DNA from: the human T2T-CHM13v2.0 reference genome, Homo sapiens
Assembly (NCBI RefSeq): GCF_009914755.1
Contig: NC_060947.1
Direction: 5' to 3' (one strand)
Length of the DNA: 64,000 bases
Below, piece by piece: positions 58,723-64,000 of this stretch (the first letter of the stretch is position 1; each line of letters opens with the position of its first letter). The notes beneath the pieces are model-generated. The model did no database searches. It was not told the origin of the DNA and saw only the letters and a list, made by a program, of their open reading frames with translations. The translations under genes were made by a program, and so were the position numbers.

Positions 58723-59045
58723 CATCATTTCTCAGTCTCCATGGAAAATTGGTTCTAGGACTCCTCATGAATATCAAAATTTGAGGATGCTCAAGTTTCT
58801 TTTATAAAATGACATGATATTTGCATATAACCTATGCACATTGTCTTGTATACTTTAAGTCATCTCTAGATTCCTTAAAAGACCAAACGCAATGTAAAAG
58901 CTACTGTGTTGTTTAGGGATTAATGACAAGAAAAAGAAAAGTCTATACATATTCATTACAGACCCTTTTTTTTTTCTGAAGATTTTTGATCCCTGGTTGG
59001 TCGAATTCACAGATATGGAACCCATGGATACAAAGGGCTGACTAT
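58723..59045. mobile_element. MER2 (Tigger-family MITE)
   Basis: GGATGCTCAAGTTTCTTTTATAAAATG, ATTTGCATATAACCTATGCACA, GGAACCCATGGATACAAAGGGCTGACT. Confidence 0.8.
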
Positions 59046-59282
59046 ACATCAGGTGTGGTTGAACTTGAGGCAATGAGCGACAGATGTCAGAAGGAATAAG
59101 ATGGAAAGGCAATAAATAGAAAATAAATTCTGGTCTGTTTTTTCTCTGATCCACTACAATGGAAACCAGCCTCACTAGTGTAAGAATAGTACAAATGAAT
59201 ATTCATAGAAATCTTTAAAATGTTTACAAATCACCTCTGTGTCAATTTGTGATTTAATCTTTTTTAGAGAAATATAGATATA

Positions 59283-59918
59283 TTTTACTTAAAGTTCTGG
59301 GGTACATGTGCAGAACATGCAGGTTTGTTGCACAGGTATGCATGTGCCATGGTGGTTTGCTGCACCTAGGAACCCGTCATCTAGGTTTTAAGCCCTGCAT
59401 ACATTAGCTATTTGTCCTAATGCTCTCCCTCCCCTTGCCCCCCACCCCCTGACAGGCCTCAGTGTGTGATGTTCCCCTCCCTGTGTCCATGTGTTCTCAT
59501 TGTTCAACTCCCACTTATGAGTGAGAACATGGGGCGTTTGGTTTTCTGTTCCTGTGTTCGTTTGCTGAGAATGATGGCTTCCAGCTTCATCCATGTCCCT
59601 GCAAAAGACATAAACTCATTCTTTTTTATGGCTGCATGGTATTCCATGTTGTGTATGTGCCACATTTTCTTTATCCAGTCTATCATCATTGATGGGCATT
59701 TGGGTTGGTTCCAAGTCTTTGCTATTGTAAATAGTGGTGCAATAAACTTATGTGTGCATGCGTCTTTACAGTAAAGTGATTTATAATCCTTTGAGTCTAT
59801 ACCCAGTAATGGGATTGCTAGGTCAAATGGTATTTCCGGTTCTAGATCCTTGAGGAATCACCACACTGTCTTCCACAATGGTTGAACTAATTTATGCTCC
59901 CACCAACAGTGTAAAAAC
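59283..59918 (-). mobile_element. L1PA 3' end (L1PA5-7-like)
   Basis: minus-strand ORF MMIDWIKKMWHIHNMEYHAAIKKNEFMSFAGTWMKLE = ORF2 C-terminus plus 3'UTR. Confidence 0.9.
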
Positions 59919-60752
59919 CTCCAGCACCATTTAGATCTTAATTTCAAATGGCAAGCAGGTAGGCTGCCAACTTAGAGGAGAGCATTGCCAGGGGATATGG
60001 TACTACTTTCGGAATAGGATTAAAACAGAAAAATGCAGTACAGCAAAATTTGGCTACCCCTGCTCCCAGAGTGGAAGTGTTTATATCTTCATGCAGCAAC
60101 ACGGAATCACAGTGCTATAAAACATAGAGTGCTTGATTCACACGTTCTGCACAGAGTGTGAGGGTGTTTATCACAATTAGACTGATCACTGGGGAAGGAG
60201 TGAGGAATTGCGTGGGATGCCGTAAAACCCATTCACATCCTGCCCCCATAGGGAAGCAGTGTCAACAATGTAAACACATCAGAGACCTTGCTGGATGCAT
60301 TTTGGGATATTGAGTGTAATCCCTTGAACATGGTGTACATCTGACATGAAAATCTGGAAGCTACCTCCCAGCAGAAGGATGCATTACCATTTGGCAAATG
60401 TGGTTGTTTTTCCCTGCACCCTCACCCCTGACTTTTCATCATCTAGCTGAGGAAGCATTTCTTCTCTTTTTCCCTTACTTATTTCAATTCCCAATCATGT
60501 CAATGATCCCAGGCCAAGTGGAAACAATAAAAGGTCAGTGGAAGAAGTAAGAATATAAAAGAATATAAAGACGAACTGCTGCTTGGGGATTGATGGTTGT
60601 CCTTGTAGGGATAGTGATCTCTGTTCTCTAGCTCTTTGAAAGAAAAACACCCATTATCACTTGCCAGTTGGCTAAGAGGGATTTTCTTTCTGTGGGTTCC
60701 CTTGAGCATATCATCAATGTGTAGAAAATAAACACAAAGGGAAAACATTTCC

Positions 60753-61037
60753 TTTTTTGTTGTTGAATTTGGAGTCAGGGTCTTACTCTGTCACCCAGGT
60801 TGGAGTGCAGTGGTGCAATCATGGCTTACTGCAGCCCCAGCCTCCTAGGCTGAAGTGATCCTCCCATCTCAGCCTCTTGAGTAGCTGGGATTACAGGTGT
60901 GCACCATTATGCCTGGCTATTTTATTTTTCCCTGTAGAGATGGCGCCCAGGCTGGTCTCGAACTCCTGGCCTCAAGCGATCCTCCCACCTCGGCCTCAAG
61001 ATGCTGAGATTATAGGCATGAGACGCTGCACCTGCCG
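60753..61037 (-). mobile_element. Alu (AluJ-like)
   Basis: reverse-complement Alu; GAAAACATTTCCT both sides. Confidence 0.85.
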
Positions 61038-61654
61038 GAGAAAACATTTCCTAAAATAGACTCATGAAGCACCTAGAATACCTGGTTCACTCCTTTTGTC
61101 ATAGCCTAATGTCACCTTAGCTACTGTTTCTGCTGAAAGAAAGTTGTGAGCCAAAGCCCTGTTCTGTATTTGTGAGAGAGATGGTGGTAGCAACTGAGGG
61201 CATTGCTGTTGATATGCCCTTCAGAAAGAAGATGGCTCTCTGAGTAAGGGATTTGCTGATAGTTCATGAGTAGCGTAGGTATCAACCAGGATTGAAACCA
61301 TGGAGCTGTCCAAGGTCCTACTCTCCATCCACTGTAAAAACCCCACCCAGGGTCTCCAAAACATTCCTAGGATAGGAGATATGGCATGAGGGATTCCACC
61401 TGTAAGCCCACAAATGGACTAGCATTTGGAAGACTTCACATCTTCCTTCTATCCCAAGATACTGAAATGGAATATGATAGTTTTGTCCTCAGAGTGCAAC
61501 ACAGAGTGATGAAAGACACAAATGCCCTATTAGTTGGGGAAAATCTGAAAGATTTTACGAAGTACACAAAGCTTGAAATGAGTGTAGAAGTATCACCAGG
61601 ATTTTACTTTTTTTTGTTAATAACGCTTTCTCTTCTCTAAGAAATTGTATTCTT

Positions 61655-62610
61655 TTTTGTTTTTGTTTTAAATTTCAACTTTTTAGATGCAGGGAGTACA
61701 TATGCAGATTTGTTACATGGGAATATTGAGTGATGCTGAGGTTTGGAGTAAGGATCCCGATACCCTGGTAGTGAGCATGGTACCTGATAAGTTGTTTTTT
61801 CATTTCCGCCCCCCAGTCACACTCTAGTATTCCACAGTATCTATTTTTTCCATAGTTATGTTAATGTGTGCTCAATGCTTACTTCCCACTTATAAGAAAG
61901 AACATGCAGTATTTGGTTTTCTGTTCCTGCATTAATTCGCTTAGGAAAATAGCTTCCAGCTGTATCTATGTTGCTGCAAAGGGCATGATTTCATTCTTTT
62001 TTTATGGCTGTGTAGTATTCCATGACGTATATGTACCATATTTTTTAATCCAATCTACCATTGATGGGTACCTGGGCTGGTTCCATGTCTTTGTTATTGT
62101 GAATATTGCAGCAATGAACATACAAATGCATGTGTGTTTTTGGTAGAATGATTTATTTTCTTTTGGGTAGATACCCAGTAATGGAATTGCCTAGTTGAAT
62201 GGTAGCTCTGTTTTAACATCTTTGAGAAATCCCCAAACTGCTTTCCACAGTGGCTGAACTAATTTGCATTCACACTAACATTGTATAAGCATTCTCTTTT
62301 CACCATCGCCTCACCAGCATCTGTTGCTTTTTGACTTTTTGATAATAGCCATCCTGACTGGTGTGAGATGGCATCTCATTGTGGTTTTTGATTTGCGTTT
62401 CTCTAATGTTTAGTGATGCCAAGCATTTTTTTCATATGTTTGTTGTCCACTTGTATGTCTTCTTTGGAGAAGTGTCTGTTCATGTCCTTTGCACATTTTT
62501 AAATGGAGTTATTTGTCTTGTGCTTCTTGATTTAAATTCCCTATAGATTCTGGATATTAGGTCTTTGTTGGAGGCATAGTTTGTGAATATCTTCTCCCAT
62601 TCTGTAGGAT
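61655..62610 (-). mobile_element. L1 3' end (L1PA16/L1PB-like)
   Basis: minus-strand PTEWEKIFTNYASNKDLISRIY ORF2 remnant plus 3'UTR. Confidence 0.85.
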
Positions 62611-62879
62611 GATGGCTAGAATTTTGACTGATAAAAAAGTAGATATATTTTTGGCAAAGCAAGAAATACATGAAGTTAGGATCTGTTAAATTATAGCTAT
62701 GTTCTAGAAAATGGCATAAATAGATAGTAACATTAGTAGAACATCTTTAGTTCACATTTTTTTCTTTTCTTAAATATTAGCAACGTTTCTTGAATATTTA
62801 CTGTTGATTGGAAATGACATGAGTATTTTTAAAATGCATTAATTCCTTCTCTTATTATTTTTTGTCATATGTATTTGTG

Positions 62880-63800
62880 TTCTTTTTTATTATTTTTAAT
62901 TTTTATTCATTTTGAAATCACTTTAGATTTACAAAAAAGTTACAAAAATGGCACAGAGAATTCTAGTATTCCCTTTGCACAGCGTCCCCTAACATTGGTG
63001 TTTCAAATAACTACAGGAAAACTATTGAAACCAGGAAATTAACACTGTTGTCACACTGTCAACTAATCCATAGACGTTCAGATTTCTCTGATTGTCCCGC
63101 TAATGTGGTTTTTCTGTTTTAATGTCCTTCCAGGACCCACCTTGCATTCACTATCATGCCTCCACAGTGGACTTCCATCTGGGCCATGTCCTTAGTTTTT
63201 GTCTCTGATGACCTTGAACTTTTGGAAGGATACAGACCAGTTATTTTGCAGAATAGCATCCAATTCATCTTCGTCTGATGTTTACCCATCAGATTAGGTT
63301 GAGGTTACACATATTTGGCTGGAATACCACAGAGGCGATGTTGAGGTCTTCTCAGAGCATCATACCAATGATGTAGATATGTTTCATTATTGGTGATAAC
63401 TTTGATTATCTGGTTAAATGTGGTACCTTCTCAGCTGCTTCATTGAAGCCACTATTTTCTCATTTGCAACTAGTAGGTACCCTGCGGTTACTTTGAGACT
63501 ATGCAAGTATCTTGTTTCTCCTCATATAGCTAACTGTTTCTTTTAGCCTCTGAGGGCAACTCTTGCCTGAAATAATGATTATGATTTTCTGGTTCTACCA
63601 TTCCTTCTGCATTTATCCATTGGAAGTCTACTTTCATGGAGAGGTTTATCTTCTTTCTCATTCATTTATCCATTCAATTAATTACTCGCATCACCATGGA
63701 CTGAGGAATAATTTTATGAGTATAATTTCTAACTATTAGTATTTATTTTCTTGTTCCAGTTTTCCCAGATTAGGACATTGGGAGCTCTTCCAAGCTCCCA
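62880..63800 (-). mobile_element. L1MC-like 3' fragment
   Basis: TTTAGATTTACAAAAAAGTTACAAAAAT, CCAGGAAATTAACACTG, CCTTGAACTTTTGGAAG motifs. Confidence 0.65.
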
Positions 63801-64000
63801 ACGTGTCTTTCCTTCTCTACATTCTTTTTTAAAAAATGAGATAAATATAAGTGTTATTTATACCTGGTTGAATTTACACAATTAAAAAAAGATACACAAT
63901 CAATGTATGTATTTTGGGGATACATGTGATAATTTAAATCATTCTATCATAAAGGCACATGCACGTGAATGTTCATTGCAGTACTATTCACAGTGGCAAA

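Overview
Primate (human/great-ape-like) nuclear DNA, very repeat-dense. I recognise no host protein-coding exon. Contents: ~32 Alus, many L1 fragments, MaLR/ERV1 LTRs, Tigger/mariner remnants, microsatellites and an RPL24 processed pseudogene. The centrepiece is a defective HERV-E provirus (36426-46739, + strand; LTR2-family LTRs, perfect tRNA-Glu PBS, GGGA TSD) inside a five-level nest (old L1M > MER21A > LTR27-like LTR > HERV-E > young L1). I found no convincing wholly new biological system. The most interesting signals read directly from the sequence are: (1) a young L1 without TSD that replaced the proviral leader/5' gag (insertion-mediated deletion); (2) a 130-bp identical tract between otherwise ~6% divergent LTRs (probable LTR-LTR gene conversion); (3) an RPL24 retrocopy that appears to carry a long read-through 3' extension and contains half a MADE1; (4) a 101-nt fold-back hairpin created inside an MLT1 LTR; (5) a ~197-bp tandem duplication in unique DNA. 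Repeat subfamily names come from remembered consensus sequences, not a database search, and most repeat boundaries are approximate.
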